A stretch of DNA of 56,878 nucleotides from a virus (taxonomy: Duplodnaviria; Caudoviricetes): positions 1 through 56,878 of IMG/VR virus record IMGVR_UViG_3300029981_000015; one strand, given 5' to 3'. Positions 40,331 to 50,152 of the stretch are shown here, piece after piece (within the stretch, counting starts at the first letter, position 1; every line of letters begins with the position of its first letter). A program made the translations under genes and the position numbers. The notes under the pieces were generated by a model. It was not told where the DNA came from. It did no database searches and was given only the letters and a program-made list of their open reading frames with translations.

Positions 40331-41090
40331 TGTTATTAGATTTGATGTTTTGTACTTCACCTATCGTATCATATGCATTGTTATTCGCATATACATCTGG
40401 CACTAATTTAATCCAATTATTCTTTATTGTTTCCATTTCATCAGAATTTGGCATCAGTGAGTCTCCATAGGCTTGTTTACAATAAAAATTCCACGAAGTT
40501 TTCATATCGTAGTATATTTGCCTTTGTAATCTTCCAGCCATATATTCTGGATATTTTAACTTTAAAGTAATATACCAATATATAGCTTCTATGTAAGACA
40601 TCATATCTGGAATCATTGGGTACCCATTTTCGTCAGTATAAATTGCATCATAACTTAATTTAAGATATCCATCAGGTATATTAGTCATAATATAACCTGG
40701 CTTTATAGAATATTTTAAATCCTGCGGTTTTCTACCAATACCCATGTTTGTTGTATCATTATTTTGAATATCCTTATCGGACCAAACACTAAAAGAGCCA
40801 GTGGCTATCGTCATTGGCATCCATCCTCCAGAACCCGAGTTAGACCACGCTACACTGTTTAATCTATGAATATCAGTTGGAAGTGCAACCTGATGTCCTA
40901 CTATCTTGAGAATAGGAGTTCCTGTAGATCCTGATACCTTCCTTTTTAATTGTTTAACAGAACCTATCTTCTCAACGGCCTCCGAGCACCATTCCTTCAT
41001 ATCAGAAATCCTTATGGCTTCTTCCCTTATGTCTAGATCGGCTAAAACTTTTGCGATCACTTGGTCGCATGAAATCATTTTATATACCAT
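40320..41090 (-). CDS. Tail ring (tubular) protein
   Basis: 256 aa with DENGYPMIPD...EAIYWYI motif. Directly upstream of the muzzle gene, as in crAss-like gene order. Confidence 0.7.
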   Translation of the reverse strand: MVYKMISCDQVIAKVLADLDIREEAIRISDMKEWCSEAVEKIGSVKQLKRKVSGSTGTPILKIVGHQVALPTDIHRLNSVAWSNSGSGGWMPMTIATGSFSVWSDKDIQNNDTTNMGIGRKPQDLKYSIKPGYIMTNIPDGYLKLSYDAIYTDENGYPMIPDMMSYIEAIYWYITLKLKYPEYMAGRLQRQIYYDMKTSWNFYCKQAYGDSLMPNSDEMETIKNNWIKLVPDVYANNNAYDTIGEVQNIKSNNNGY

Positions 41091-41091
41091 A

Positions 41092-41544
41092 TTATTTCTC
41101 CATATAATCTTTATGTTCTACTTTTATCATATGAGCTAGTTTCCTTTTGTTCGCTCTAGACATTACTAACTCGTACATACTTTTATTTGATATTAAAATA
41201 TCTTTTTTACACCAATAAAATCTAAAATTATAGCCATCGGAATGCTCATTTAAATGTAAAATAGTTTTTTCACATTCTTTTGTACTATGAAAATCAACTC
41301 TAAGATAAGTAAAATCATATCTTTTAGGTTTTTTCTTAACTACTGATAAGGTTCCCATTCTAGCAGGTAACCTTATTTCTTTTGCGTTATCTATTAACTC
41401 TCTAGATAGAAAAGAGAAGTAATCTTTTAATAATGCATTAAACTGTTTCTTAGAAACGATATACGCTGAATTACCACTTGTGTATTCTTTATAAGAATTA
41501 AAGTAGTCATCCAGCGTATATGACTTATGTTTATTTGATACCAC
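41092..41544 (-). CDS. IHF/HU-like DNA-binding protein (crAss-type)
   Basis: Basic 150-aa protein with an IRLPARMGTLSVVKKK arm motif and NEHSDGY..RFYW. Lies between two ring genes. Confidence 0.7.
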   Translation of the reverse strand: MVSNKHKSYTLDDYFNSYKEYTSGNSAYIVSKKQFNALLKDYFSFLSRELIDNAKEIRLPARMGTLSVVKKKPKRYDFTYLRVDFHSTKECEKTILHLNEHSDGYNFRFYWCKKDILISNKSMYELVMSRANKRKLAHMIKVEHKDYMEK

Positions 41545-42229
41545 GTTGAATCTTTTTATAATCCCTTGCGGTTAATGTAGTCCTTGTAAGATCATTATTT
41601 GAATTATTTGTATCATCAGATAGTGATACAATATTTATCTCTTTAGTTATTATTAATTCTTTTAAAGGAATTATCATGTTTGCTGGCATTGGGTACCTAT
41701 CATCTGCAGTTAATCCAAATACTGGATCTAAAGGATTTTCAAAAACTCCTTTTATAGTTATAGACGAAACACCTCCTTGCCCCGTTAAATATATTAAACC
41801 GTCTCGTTCGTATGCCAAAGTATCATTACTAGTATATCGTCTTTTGCTTTGCATTTTTGCTCTAGCCTCAGATGTGACTTGTATAATATTGTCGTATTGG
41901 TCTACAATGGAAACTTTACTATCTGCAAAATGAAAATCTATTCCATTTGGTATCTCTATAGTTGTCTTACCAATCCATATTCCAGAATTAGATAAAGGTT
42001 TCCCTAATGCATCTTTATCTGTTATAGATATGTTATTTATCTCTTGTATATAGTCTGGATTTATTTCTCTTCCTTTATCTATATCTTGTTTTATCAGCAT
42101 AGATCTATACTGAATTATCCACTGTTCTACTTGGGCCTTACTTAAAGACTCACTCTCAGATATATAATTGTTCCGAGTCTCAAGTATTATATCATCGATA
42201 ATTGTATTCAGGGAATTGAAACTTATCAT
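41531..42229 (-). CDS. Tail ring protein
   Basis: 232 aa with SLNTIIDDI, QWIIQYRSMLIKQD and GVFENP...YPMP motifs, in the expected syntenic position. Confidence 0.65.
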   Translation of the reverse strand: MISFNSLNTIIDDIILETRNNYISESESLSKAQVEQWIIQYRSMLIKQDIDKGREINPDYIQEINNISITDKDALGKPLSNSGIWIGKTTIEIPNGIDFHFADSKVSIVDQYDNIIQVTSEARAKMQSKRRYTSNDTLAYERDGLIYLTGQGGVSSITIKGVFENPLDPVFGLTADDRYPMPANMIIPLKELIITKEINIVSLSDDTNNSNNDLTRTTLTARDYKKIQRGIK

Positions 42230-42233
42230 ACTT

Positions 42234-42761
42234 TTATACTATTAATTTATTTAATTCATCATGATACCACTTTCTTTCAGTATAACCATTGTGGCCTCCG
42301 TTTATACGTATACATATTTTTTCAAATTGATCTGAATCTGCTAAACTGTTTAAATTTTTAGAGACCCAGAACCAACATGCAGATCTAACGGCTAAGTCAG
42401 GAGTTTCTAGTAATTCTGGTTTAGATATTAAATCAACATTAAAATCTTTAGATAGTTTCTCGTAATTGAATTTACCAGTAATCTGAATTAATCCTCTACC
42501 TTTGTATTTTACTCCATCCCCTTTTGATGTATTCCCAAGATCTTTTCTTCCTTCATATGCCTTTCCAGATGCCAATTCTTTAGTATATACAAATCTACCA
42601 GATTCTACAAGTAAATTAGATATAAAATCTATTTCTCTATTCTTGGTATTTATTTCATACTCTTCCATGTACTTAGATAGAAGGGGATAGAATAGATCTA
42701 ATTTAGAAACAGACAGTTTCCCATTACAAAGGTCAATTAGATTTTCTTTTGTTATTATCAT
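42234..42761 (-). CDS. Endolysin, glycoside hydrolase family 19
   Basis: ESGRF..TKE, YEGRKDLGN..GDGVKYKGRGLIQITGKFNY and RINGGHNG motifs. Confidence 0.9.
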   Translation of the reverse strand: MIITKENLIDLCNGKLSVSKLDLFYPLLSKYMEEYEINTKNREIDFISNLLVESGRFVYTKELASGKAYEGRKDLGNTSKGDGVKYKGRGLIQITGKFNYEKLSKDFNVDLISKPELLETPDLAVRSACWFWVSKNLNSLADSDQFEKICIRINGGHNGYTERKWYHDELNKLIV

Positions 42762-43384
42762 TACTCTCTTATTTTAACTACCCTTACGGTTCCTACTTTA
42801 ATCAAATCATTAGTATTCTTTATATCGTATCTATCTATATCCTCCTTATGCCAATCAAAATGCCAGAATCTAACCCATCCATTCTTATACACATTTACAA
42901 ACTCACTTGTAGTGTAAACGTATAAATACTCAGTATTGTTTACATCAAGTATGACATTTAAATGATTATCTTTTAAAATAACCCTAGAAGACGTAAAAGC
43001 ATTATGTTTTAATGTAGTATCTACTACACATTGACCATTATTTACTAACAACGCGCCAACGGTATTGTGTATAACTGTATTAATACCCGCAGATACATCA
43101 CCCGGCTTATTACTAGCGTGTTTAAAGGTCTTTCTAATAGAATCCATAGATTGTATTAACTTATCATTAGACTGCTTTAAATCCGCATTAGAAAGCTTTA
43201 AAACCCTATTTTCAGAAGTTTTACCAGATATAATATCTTCATATGCTCTTTGATTATTTCTATAAGATTGCATATCTGTCTTCATGGCCACATATTTATT
43301 ATATGCGACCTTTATACCAAAATAACTGGAGGCAATTATTATGCCCCCAATTATATATAGTATCAATTTTGTTTTGTTTAACAT
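42761..43384 (-). CDS. Putative spanin (Rz-like)
   Basis: N-terminal TM (LILYIIGGIIIASSYFGI), coiled coil and beta-rich C-terminus. TAATG-coupled to the endolysin. Confidence 0.6.
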   Translation of the reverse strand: MLNKTKLILYIIGGIIIASSYFGIKVAYNKYVAMKTDMQSYRNNQRAYEDIISGKTSENRVLKLSNADLKQSNDKLIQSMDSIRKTFKHASNKPGDVSAGINTVIHNTVGALLVNNGQCVVDTTLKHNAFTSSRVILKDNHLNVILDVNNTEYLYVYTTSEFVNVYKNGWVRFWHFDWHKEDIDRYDIKNTNDLIKVGTVRVVKIRE

Positions 43385-43387
43385 GTA

Positions 43388-43747
43388 TTAATTTTTTCTT
43401 CTTTGTAATAACAAATCTAATTTGTCTAACATCAATTGATGTTCTTGTTTATTTTCTGTTCTGTTCTGTTCGATTGATTTTACATTTGCTACTCTCCCTT
43501 TTTCAAGGAATTCTGTTTTTTGATCATATTTGACATCTATTCTTTCTAATTTAACACTCAGATCTACCCAAGCAGCTCCAAGCAATGCTAATAGGCCTAA
43601 TAAAGAAATTATTTGAGAGAAATTTAAACCAGGAACCGCAACTGTCTGTTTATTATAATCTGCCTCATGTATATAAATATATTTTTTATCTTCCGATCTT
43701 TTCGTATACTTCCGTTTCTTTTCTTCGACCTCCTTTTTTTGAACCAT
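43388..43747 (-). CDS. Single-TM lysis-cassette protein (holin/antiholin-like)
   Basis: Basic N-terminus, TM IISLLGLLALLGAAWV and coiled-coil C-terminus, within the lysis cluster. Confidence 0.5.
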   Translation of the reverse strand: MVQKKEVEEKKRKYTKRSEDKKYIYIHEADYNKQTVAVPGLNFSQIISLLGLLALLGAAWVDLSVKLERIDVKYDQKTEFLEKGRVANVKSIEQNRTENKQEHQLMLDKLDLLLQRRKN

Positions 43748-43784
43748 TTCTATGTAACTTAATTAATTTGTTAAAGTACTATTA

Positions 43785-44078
43785 TCATTTAATATCAATA
43801 TTAGTACTTGATTCTTCGTCTGATTTTCCAAGAGTATCTCTTTTTTTAGAATAACCAAACATTACCAACCCTGCGGTTATAACTCCAGCAGCTATTCCTG
43901 CTAGAGCAATTCCATTCGGATCTTTAGCAATAGATGCTATTGATCCAGTTATAAAACTCAAGCAACCAGAGAACACTACTAACATCCCAGCTACCTTACT
44001 TCCAGATGTTTTTCCATTACTAGAACTAACTGACTCTGCAAATGAAAACTTACTTATATCTGTATTTAATATTGTCAT
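43785..44078 (-). CDS. Putative holin (2 TM)
   Basis: 97 aa with two hydrophobic helices after SSSNGKTSGSK and a charged C-tail. Confidence 0.6.
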   Translation of the reverse strand: MTILNTDISKFSFAESVSSSNGKTSGSKVAGMLVVFSGCLSFITGSIASIAKDPNGIALAGIAAGVITAGLVMFGYSKKRDTLGKSDEESSTNIDIK

Positions 44079-44089
44079 TATATTTTTAT

Positions 44090-44773
44090 TTATGGATATT
44101 TTGGATTAAGTGTTAAACTAAAACAAATATTACTACCTGTAGATATTGAAGGTGTACTTATAATATTAATATTATCATTATTGTTTTTTAATAACTTATT
44201 AGATACAGTACATGATAAACTAGAATCAGAATCATACACTTTAACAAAACCTTGTGGACGAATCCAATTAACAATATCATTATTATTTTTATGTGTTGAA
44301 AATACTAACATAGCATTTTTTCTAGTATATACAACAGAATTATTACCATTACCTGTAGAACTTCCTTTTATTACAAAACCTAATTGTGGAGTAGTAATAT
44401 TTACATTTCTGTATGAACATATAGTTATTCTATTTTCAGCACTTTCTTGAAATGTAAAATTATAGGAAGTTAATTCAGAAGATGCAGGTTTCCAATAAAC
44501 TCTTAATCTATGTCCTAAATAATCATATCCTGTAAACATAAACCACTCACTAGGTTGAGTACAAAATGTAGTACTATTTATAGTATGTACAAAAGCAATT
44601 AATAAATCTCCATCTATAGTACCATTAGGTTTATTACATGTAGTTGATAAGGATAATAAATTATAAGTTGATTCAACACCTATAAATTTAATACTATTAT
44701 TATCTCCTCTATAAGGTTTCTTCTTTAATAACTGTGCATTATAATACTGTCTATTCATAATTAACTCCCCCAA
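44090..44773 (-). CDS. Tail-fibre-associated beta-rich protein (possible receptor-binding tip)
   Basis: DGDLLIAFV...PSEW...VYWKPASSE..SYNFTF pattern seen in phage fibre accessory domains. Overlaps the fibre stop. Confidence 0.5.
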   Translation of the reverse strand: MGELIMNRQYYNAQLLKKKPYRGDNNSIKFIGVESTYNLLSLSTTCNKPNGTIDGDLLIAFVHTINSTTFCTQPSEWFMFTGYDYLGHRLRVYWKPASSELTSYNFTFQESAENRITICSYRNVNITTPQLGFVIKGSSTGNGNNSVVYTRKNAMLVFSTHKNNNDIVNWIRPQGFVKVYDSDSSLSCTVSNKLLKNNNDNINIISTPSISTGSNICFSLTLNPKYP

Positions 44774-47700
44774 AAAACATATATTTGATTAGTACTACGA
44801 ATTTCACAATATAAATAATTAATTTGTGCAGGTATATAATCAGTTTGTAAATCCAACGCTATCCAATTAACAGTATATCCTGTAAACATTACAGTGGCAA
44901 TTGTTCCACCTGTGAGTATTAATCTAAAAGGTTTTTTAATAATAGGATTGGATATAGTAAATGCTGAATTAGTTCCAAGAGTTTTAGTAAAATCTTCACC
45001 ACTAGACAAATCTATTACAAATGCAGAAGGAACAATTTCACGAACTGGGACATTATAAACATCTAATAAACCTAATGCCGAACCATTAAATTGAGTTGCA
45101 TTAACTGTTCCATCTGTGTTTATATTCCCACTATCATCAAATTTAATTAATTTAGATGTACCGTTTGCTGATTTAAAATTTAAACCACTTGATAAAGTAT
45201 CTATAGTATAACCCCAAGAAACACCTGGAATTCCTCCTAAATATAATTTTGAATCATTAAGATATGAAGCTGCAACGATAAAATTATTAGCATAAACTGT
45301 TGATGCAAATGTTGCTGAACCTGATGCGCTGACATTAAAATTGCTACCAAGAATACTGATTGGAGTTACTCCTCCGTATGTCTCGATATACATATAAGGT
45401 ACTCCTGAGTTGTTTTTCCAACCAAGAGATCCAGAAGTTCCGCTCCCGAATTGTTTCCCTATCGAATATGCTATATCATCGCTAGCTGTTAATGTAGGGT
45501 CGTAATTATCTATTCTATTGCCTCTTATCCTTCCATCCACCCATATACTCCCACTTTGAGTGGTTGCAGGATTGTTTTGGATATACTTAGAATCTAAAGA
45601 TACTCCTGCAATAGTTGGGGTGTTGGAGAACTCTGCATCTGTAGCCCACAATTTACCCAATCGACTTGCACTTGAACCTATTGTTTGTGGTGTTGATTGA
45701 TTAACTAATACTGCACCTGAAAGAGAATTAATATAACCTGATGGATTAGTTGAATTATATGGTATATAACCTAATGCAGTAGTTACCATTCCACTATTAA
45801 TTCCTGTTATCCAATTACCGTAATTACCTAAATTATTTGTAAATTGGGATAACTGAGTAGGTTTATTTAGTAATACTCCTATTCCAGATGTAGCATTCCA
45901 ATCTGTTTGAACTTGTGAAGATGGAATAGTCGGAAAATCAGTTATTTGTGATTTAGTTATAGTTATACCTGTACTTTTATTCCACGCAGTAAATATTGGA
46001 TCAGTCTCAGTAAATGATGTCAAATAATTTCCTACTGGTTGGTATACACCAGTATGTAAATGATCACCATAAGCTGATAATACATGTGTAGTACCAAACC
46101 CAGGAAATGACACTTTATCATTAAATATATTCCAGTCAATACTAGTTACATACCCAGAATCGGTAGTGTTAGCAACTCCTAGTTTAGTTTTTATACTTAA
46201 AGTTGTTTCATCACCAGTATTAGTATTTGAAAGATTAGAGGCAGTAAGTGTAGAAACAAAATTTGCAGCACCAAAATGACCTATTGTAAACCATATATTA
46301 CCATTATTAAAACCATTTGTAGCAGATAATTTATAAGATCCATCTACATTATCTATACCGGCAGACCATTCAGTCATACCAGTATAAAGATAATGAGTAT
46401 ATGATGACCCTACAGACGAACTATTATTTATTTCAACTCCACCATCAAATTTACCTTTCCCATTAATCCATAAACTTCCATCTTGGGCTGATACACTTTG
46501 ATTTAGTATAAAATCATTTGTATTGTTATTTGATGCAGACCCAAAAGTTCTATACGCTAATACATCCCTGCCTATCAATAATCCCAAGTTATCAGGGGTA
46601 ATAGATACTATGCCAGTTTGGCTATTTACTGATACTACATCATCAGAGTTATCTGATTTCTCAGGTATCCCATTAGAATTATAAATCAACCAATCTCCAG
46701 GTTTAAAAGATAGCCCAAATCTAGTTCCAGTTCCAATAACAGTATACACATTACTAACTTTAGTTAGATCTGGAGATGATAGGGAAGGTATATTACTATT
46801 TACGTCCCAGGTACTGATATATTTTAATAATGTAGATGGTAAATATTGTAGAGCCACCTTTCCTCCGGAATCTAGTGGAGTATATCCATTATTAATCCCT
46901 TTATCTGATAATAGTTGATAAGGACTTAAATCCTGATCATCAGAATGTGATAAATGTATTTTAGCTATCTCAGTATCTAATACAAGACTTTTACCTCCTT
47001 CTTTTACTACTAACCCAGATAGATCTTGATCATCACTGTGAGGGGCATGTAAATTTGACTTCTCTAAATCAGTTATATAATTTTCATCGTCAGTCAACGT
47101 TAATGCAAATTCTGTATAATTATGAGTAGCTACTGTGCCTAGTCCTAGAGCTGTTATAAGCCCTTTTGCGACACCTTTATCCTCTTTTGTGTCAGTTATA
47201 CCAGTAACGAATAATTCTGTCGCATATCCAGTTAAAGAAGGCATTACTGGCTTATTCTTTATATAGTCTAATTTGTTTATATTTGTCTGACTATAATCAG
47301 ATTGTATTTGACTAGTATACTCTGGTAATCCATCAATTATTGTAGCATATATTCTTTTATTATTGAGTGGCTTTATATGTGTTGAATCTATTAAATCTTC
47401 AGAATAAAATACAGCCGTTTCGCCATTATTGAATGCAGCAACGGCTCCATTAGTATTTGTAAAGTCACTACCAATTAATGTCCCATCATTATATTTTGTG
47501 CATGCCCAGTTTTGTTTCAACCAAACTTGATTTCCAATAGTAACTGAATTATATGTATTCCCATTTAGATCTGTTATATCACCAGTATTTAATCCATTAA
47601 TCTTTACAAGTCTAACCGAAACTCCATCGTGCTTATTCATGTCTATGAAACCAAGATCTCTATCATCCGACATCATTATTAGATTAGAAAATGTATCTCC

Positions 47701-48201
47701 GGTAGCAGTAGTAGATGCAAAATAACTTCTAGTGAACAACTGCATGAATCCGTTATTTAAAGTCGCTGATGCAGATTTAGTTCCAGCTCCCAAAACAGAT
47801 AGTTTTAAAGAATTCGTATCATTGCTTCTATTCCCGGACCATGCATCAGATCTAGTGTCTTTTAATTTACCGGCTTGTTGGTATCCACAAAAATTATATA
47901 ACTCTAATAGGTCTTCATAAGTAGGAACTCTCCATCCTATTGGTGGGAATAATGGATTTGATATTGCATAGTAATTATATAATCTTCCAAATCTAATGGA
48001 ATTATTAATTATCTCAGAGTCAAATTCTTCCCATAGTGTTTCTCCATCTTTTCCTGGCAATCCATTTTGGCCTCCTATAGCAACGTCTATATTTAAATCT
48101 ATTACTTGGGTATCAAGATCAATAATAAAATCAGTAGTTTGTACTGTTACTGGGATTATTATATCTTCATATACCGGCGATACTATTAATTCTATATCCA
48201 T
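44761..48201 (-). CDS. Mosaic tail fibre protein with N-terminal FISUMP-like domain
   Basis: 1146 aa with a short collagen-like GQNGLPGKDG, FISUMP motifs, and fibre repeats (HSDDQDLS twice, QSDY/QTDWN, VVSVNSQTG, ETDPIF, ALGYIPYN). Confidence 0.75.
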   Translation of the reverse strand: MDIELIVSPVYEDIIIPVTVQTTDFIIDLDTQVIDLNIDVAIGGQNGLPGKDGETLWEEFDSEIINNSIRFGRLYNYYAISNPLFPPIGWRVPTYEDLLELYNFCGYQQAGKLKDTRSDAWSGNRSNDTNSLKLSVLGAGTKSASATLNNGFMQLFTRSYFASTTATGDTFSNLIMMSDDRDLGFIDMNKHDGVSVRLVKINGLNTGDITDLNGNTYNSVTIGNQVWLKQNWACTKYNDGTLIGSDFTNTNGAVAAFNNGETAVFYSEDLIDSTHIKPLNNKRIYATIIDGLPEYTSQIQSDYSQTNINKLDYIKNKPVMPSLTGYATELFVTGITDTKEDKGVAKGLITALGLGTVATHNYTEFALTLTDDENYITDLEKSNLHAPHSDDQDLSGLVVKEGGKSLVLDTEIAKIHLSHSDDQDLSPYQLLSDKGINNGYTPLDSGGKVALQYLPSTLLKYISTWDVNSNIPSLSSPDLTKVSNVYTVIGTGTRFGLSFKPGDWLIYNSNGIPEKSDNSDDVVSVNSQTGIVSITPDNLGLLIGRDVLAYRTFGSASNNNTNDFILNQSVSAQDGSLWINGKGKFDGGVEINNSSSVGSSYTHYLYTGMTEWSAGIDNVDGSYKLSATNGFNNGNIWFTIGHFGAANFVSTLTASNLSNTNTGDETTLSIKTKLGVANTTDSGYVTSIDWNIFNDKVSFPGFGTTHVLSAYGDHLHTGVYQPVGNYLTSFTETDPIFTAWNKSTGITITKSQITDFPTIPSSQVQTDWNATSGIGVLLNKPTQLSQFTNNLGNYGNWITGINSGMVTTALGYIPYNSTNPSGYINSLSGAVLVNQSTPQTIGSSASRLGKLWATDAEFSNTPTIAGVSLDSKYIQNNPATTQSGSIWVDGRIRGNRIDNYDPTLTASDDIAYSIGKQFGSGTSGSLGWKNNSGVPYMYIETYGGVTPISILGSNFNVSASGSATFASTVYANNFIVAASYLNDSKLYLGGIPGVSWGYTIDTLSSGLNFKSANGTSKLIKFDDSGNINTDGTVNATQFNGSALGLLDVYNVPVREIVPSAFVIDLSSGEDFTKTLGTNSAFTISNPIIKKPFRLILTGGTIATVMFTGYTVNWIALDLQTDYIPAQINYLYCEIRSTNQIYVFWGS

Positions 48202-48566
48202 TATGCCTCTGCTTTAATAACTGTTGGTACTATAAATATACCAGAAAGTGCTTTTTGTATTATATTCTCAGTTAAATCTCCATCTGTAACGGTTTTAATA
48301 CACATTACATCAAGAATTATCTGGCCATTCATCTCTTTTGTATATTCACTAGATATTACACCTTTTAGAATCAATCCATGTCCATCTGGATCAACCAACA
48401 ACTCATAACCATCCTTGATTACTCTAGAGAACTTAGCAACATTATCCTCATTAGTATAAGCATATACTAATACATTATATAGATCATTAAAACTAGATAT
48501 ATCAGAATTTGTAGATGTATTAAAATTTAACGAGAATGAGATATCCTCTCCTTGATATTTTTTCAT
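48201..48566 (-). CDS. Fibre adaptor, BppU-N-like beta-sandwich protein
   Basis: 121 aa beginning MKKYQGEDISFSLNF, TAATG-coupled to the fibre gene. Confidence 0.45.
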   Translation of the reverse strand: MKKYQGEDISFSLNFNTSTNSDISSFNDLYNVLVYAYTNEDNVAKFSRVIKDGYELLVDPDGHGLILKGVISSEYTKEMNGQIILDVMCIKTVTDGDLTENIIQKALSGIFIVPTVIKAEA

Positions 48567-48570
48567 TTAA

Positions 48571-49035
48571 TTACGAATTTGGATTTTGTAATCTAAAATT
48601 AGACCCATCAAATATTAATGTAGCCATTATTCCAGGAAGGATAGCCATGACTGTTATATCATCTATTCCACCAACCATATTAGCCTTTTTGATTAAAAAC
48701 GGACCAACCCCATTGACATTAAATGATACTATAGAACTAGTATTACCTGCTGTTGGAATATATGAAATTTGCATCCCAGGTTTATATTCAGTTATAGCCT
48801 CAGGAATAGTAACTATTTGAGCATTAGCAGTACTACCAGTAGATACACCAAAAGTGTTTAATACACCACTAGATACTACTGGAACTGGTGTAGCCCCAGA
48901 ACCAACCTGGGCCCATGATGCACCATTACTTATTTTTAATACTCCACCATTTGGATTTTCACTTAGATCTAACCATAAAGATGATTCAGACAAATCTGGC
49001 TGAATACCACTTGATATTATTTTTACTGTATTCAT
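48571..49035 (-). CDS. Putative structural/fibre protein
   Basis: 154 aa with LWLDLS..GGVLK...W N-terminus and YKPGMQISYIP...NT...FNVNGVG...LIFDGSNFRL, a phage fibre-type domain. Confidence 0.5.
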   Translation of the reverse strand: MNTVKIISSGIQPDLSESSLWLDLSENPNGGVLKISNGASWAQVGSGATPVPVVSSGVLNTFGVSTGSTANAQIVTIPEAITEYKPGMQISYIPTAGNTSSIVSFNVNGVGPFLIKKANMVGGIDDITVMAILPGIMATLIFDGSNFRLQNPNS

Positions 49036-49049
49036 TTTATCTAGTTTTT

Positions 49050-49082
49050 AAAAAAAAGGGGCAACCTAATAAAGACTGCCCC
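49050..49082 (-). terminator. Intrinsic terminator after the putative auxiliary capsid gene
   Basis: On the - strand GGGGCAGTCT-TTATT-AGGTTGCCCC is followed by T8. Confidence 0.8.
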
Positions 49083-49098
49083 AATTTTGTTTTGATAA

Positions 49099-50046
49099 TT
49101 AAGCTATCCAAGCTCTAATTTTGTCTCCTAGGGTCTCCGCACTTGCAGTAGCTCCAGCAACAATATAAATTTCAGCGGCCAAATCAGTAAATTTAACATA
49201 TTGATTATCTGGACTTTGATATTGTTTATTAAATTCAATAACTAATGTATCATAAGTTGCAGTAAGATCAACATTTAATTCAGGTTTAATGACTGGGAAC
49301 TCAGTACGGTATGTAATACCTTTATAACCAAGAGCTGCCTGTTCGCGATCTCTAACAATATATGGATTACCTTTTCCTGGTTTACTTTCTATATTGGTAA
49401 TAACTAATCCAGTAATTGCATCTTTTGCACTATTAAATTGCGAAGCAGGATTAGTAGTATAGGCAACTACCCTCATTTGAACTTGAGAATAAGGAGTAAT
49501 TGCTTCTTTACCTTGAGTTCCAAATCCATTATCAGTAACACTTTTTGCAGTTAACGTAATAACATCTAATGCAATTGTAGAAGTCACTCTTGCACTTGTA
49601 CTTGCATTTATAATTGCATTAAAAGCGATAGCAAGATCAGCAGGGGCAATAGTTTTTGCAATATATTCATAAGAATGAGTAAACTGTCCTGGATGTTCGT
49701 AGATATCTCTATAGATACAACGAATTACATAACGATGTCCAATAACTGGAACAACATTGGTAAAATCAATAGTAGAAGAAGCAACTGTTTTAGCAACATA
49801 CGAACCATCAGCATCAGCAGTCATATGAGTAATGTTCGTCTTCCCAATTACAGCCGATTTTGTAACTGTATTGTCAAATTTCTTAAATTCTAATTGTATA
49901 GCATTTGCAGTAATTGCGTTAGTAGTAGATAAATCTATTACTGCTCCAGTAGAAGCATCAATTACTCTTACATCTCCAGCAATAAAGCTAGATCCAGCGG
50001 CGTTGAATTTTTTTGCAACGAATACTGTGTTTGGTTTTTGTAACAT
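49099..50046 (-). CDS. Putative auxiliary capsid (decoration) protein
   Basis: 315 aa, beta-rich, with MCP-like codon usage and its own terminator. Follows the ring genes, as in crAss001 gene order (synteny inference). Confidence 0.55.
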   Translation of the reverse strand: MLQKPNTVFVAKKFNAAGSSFIAGDVRVIDASTGAVIDLSTTNAITANAIQLEFKKFDNTVTKSAVIGKTNITHMTADADGSYVAKTVASSTIDFTNVVPVIGHRYVIRCIYRDIYEHPGQFTHSYEYIAKTIAPADLAIAFNAIINASTSARVTSTIALDVITLTAKSVTDNGFGTQGKEAITPYSQVQMRVVAYTTNPASQFNSAKDAITGLVITNIESKPGKGNPYIVRDREQAALGYKGITYRTEFPVIKPELNVDLTATYDTLVIEFNKQYQSPDNQYVKFTDLAAEIYIVAGATASAETLGDKIRAWIA

Positions 50047-50152
50047 TTTTTATTTTTATTATTGTTAAACGATTATCCAGCTTAACTTTGTCCAGTCGCT
50101 CTACTTTCGCTAAAAGATTTCCACGTTAGACTAAACTGAGATTAATTCTATA

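Noticed and set aside
33945-48201. Diversity-generating retroelement targeting the DUF1566/FISUMP domains
   Set aside because: No reverse transcriptase ORF and no template/variable repeat pair was seen in this window. One could exist elsewhere in the genome.
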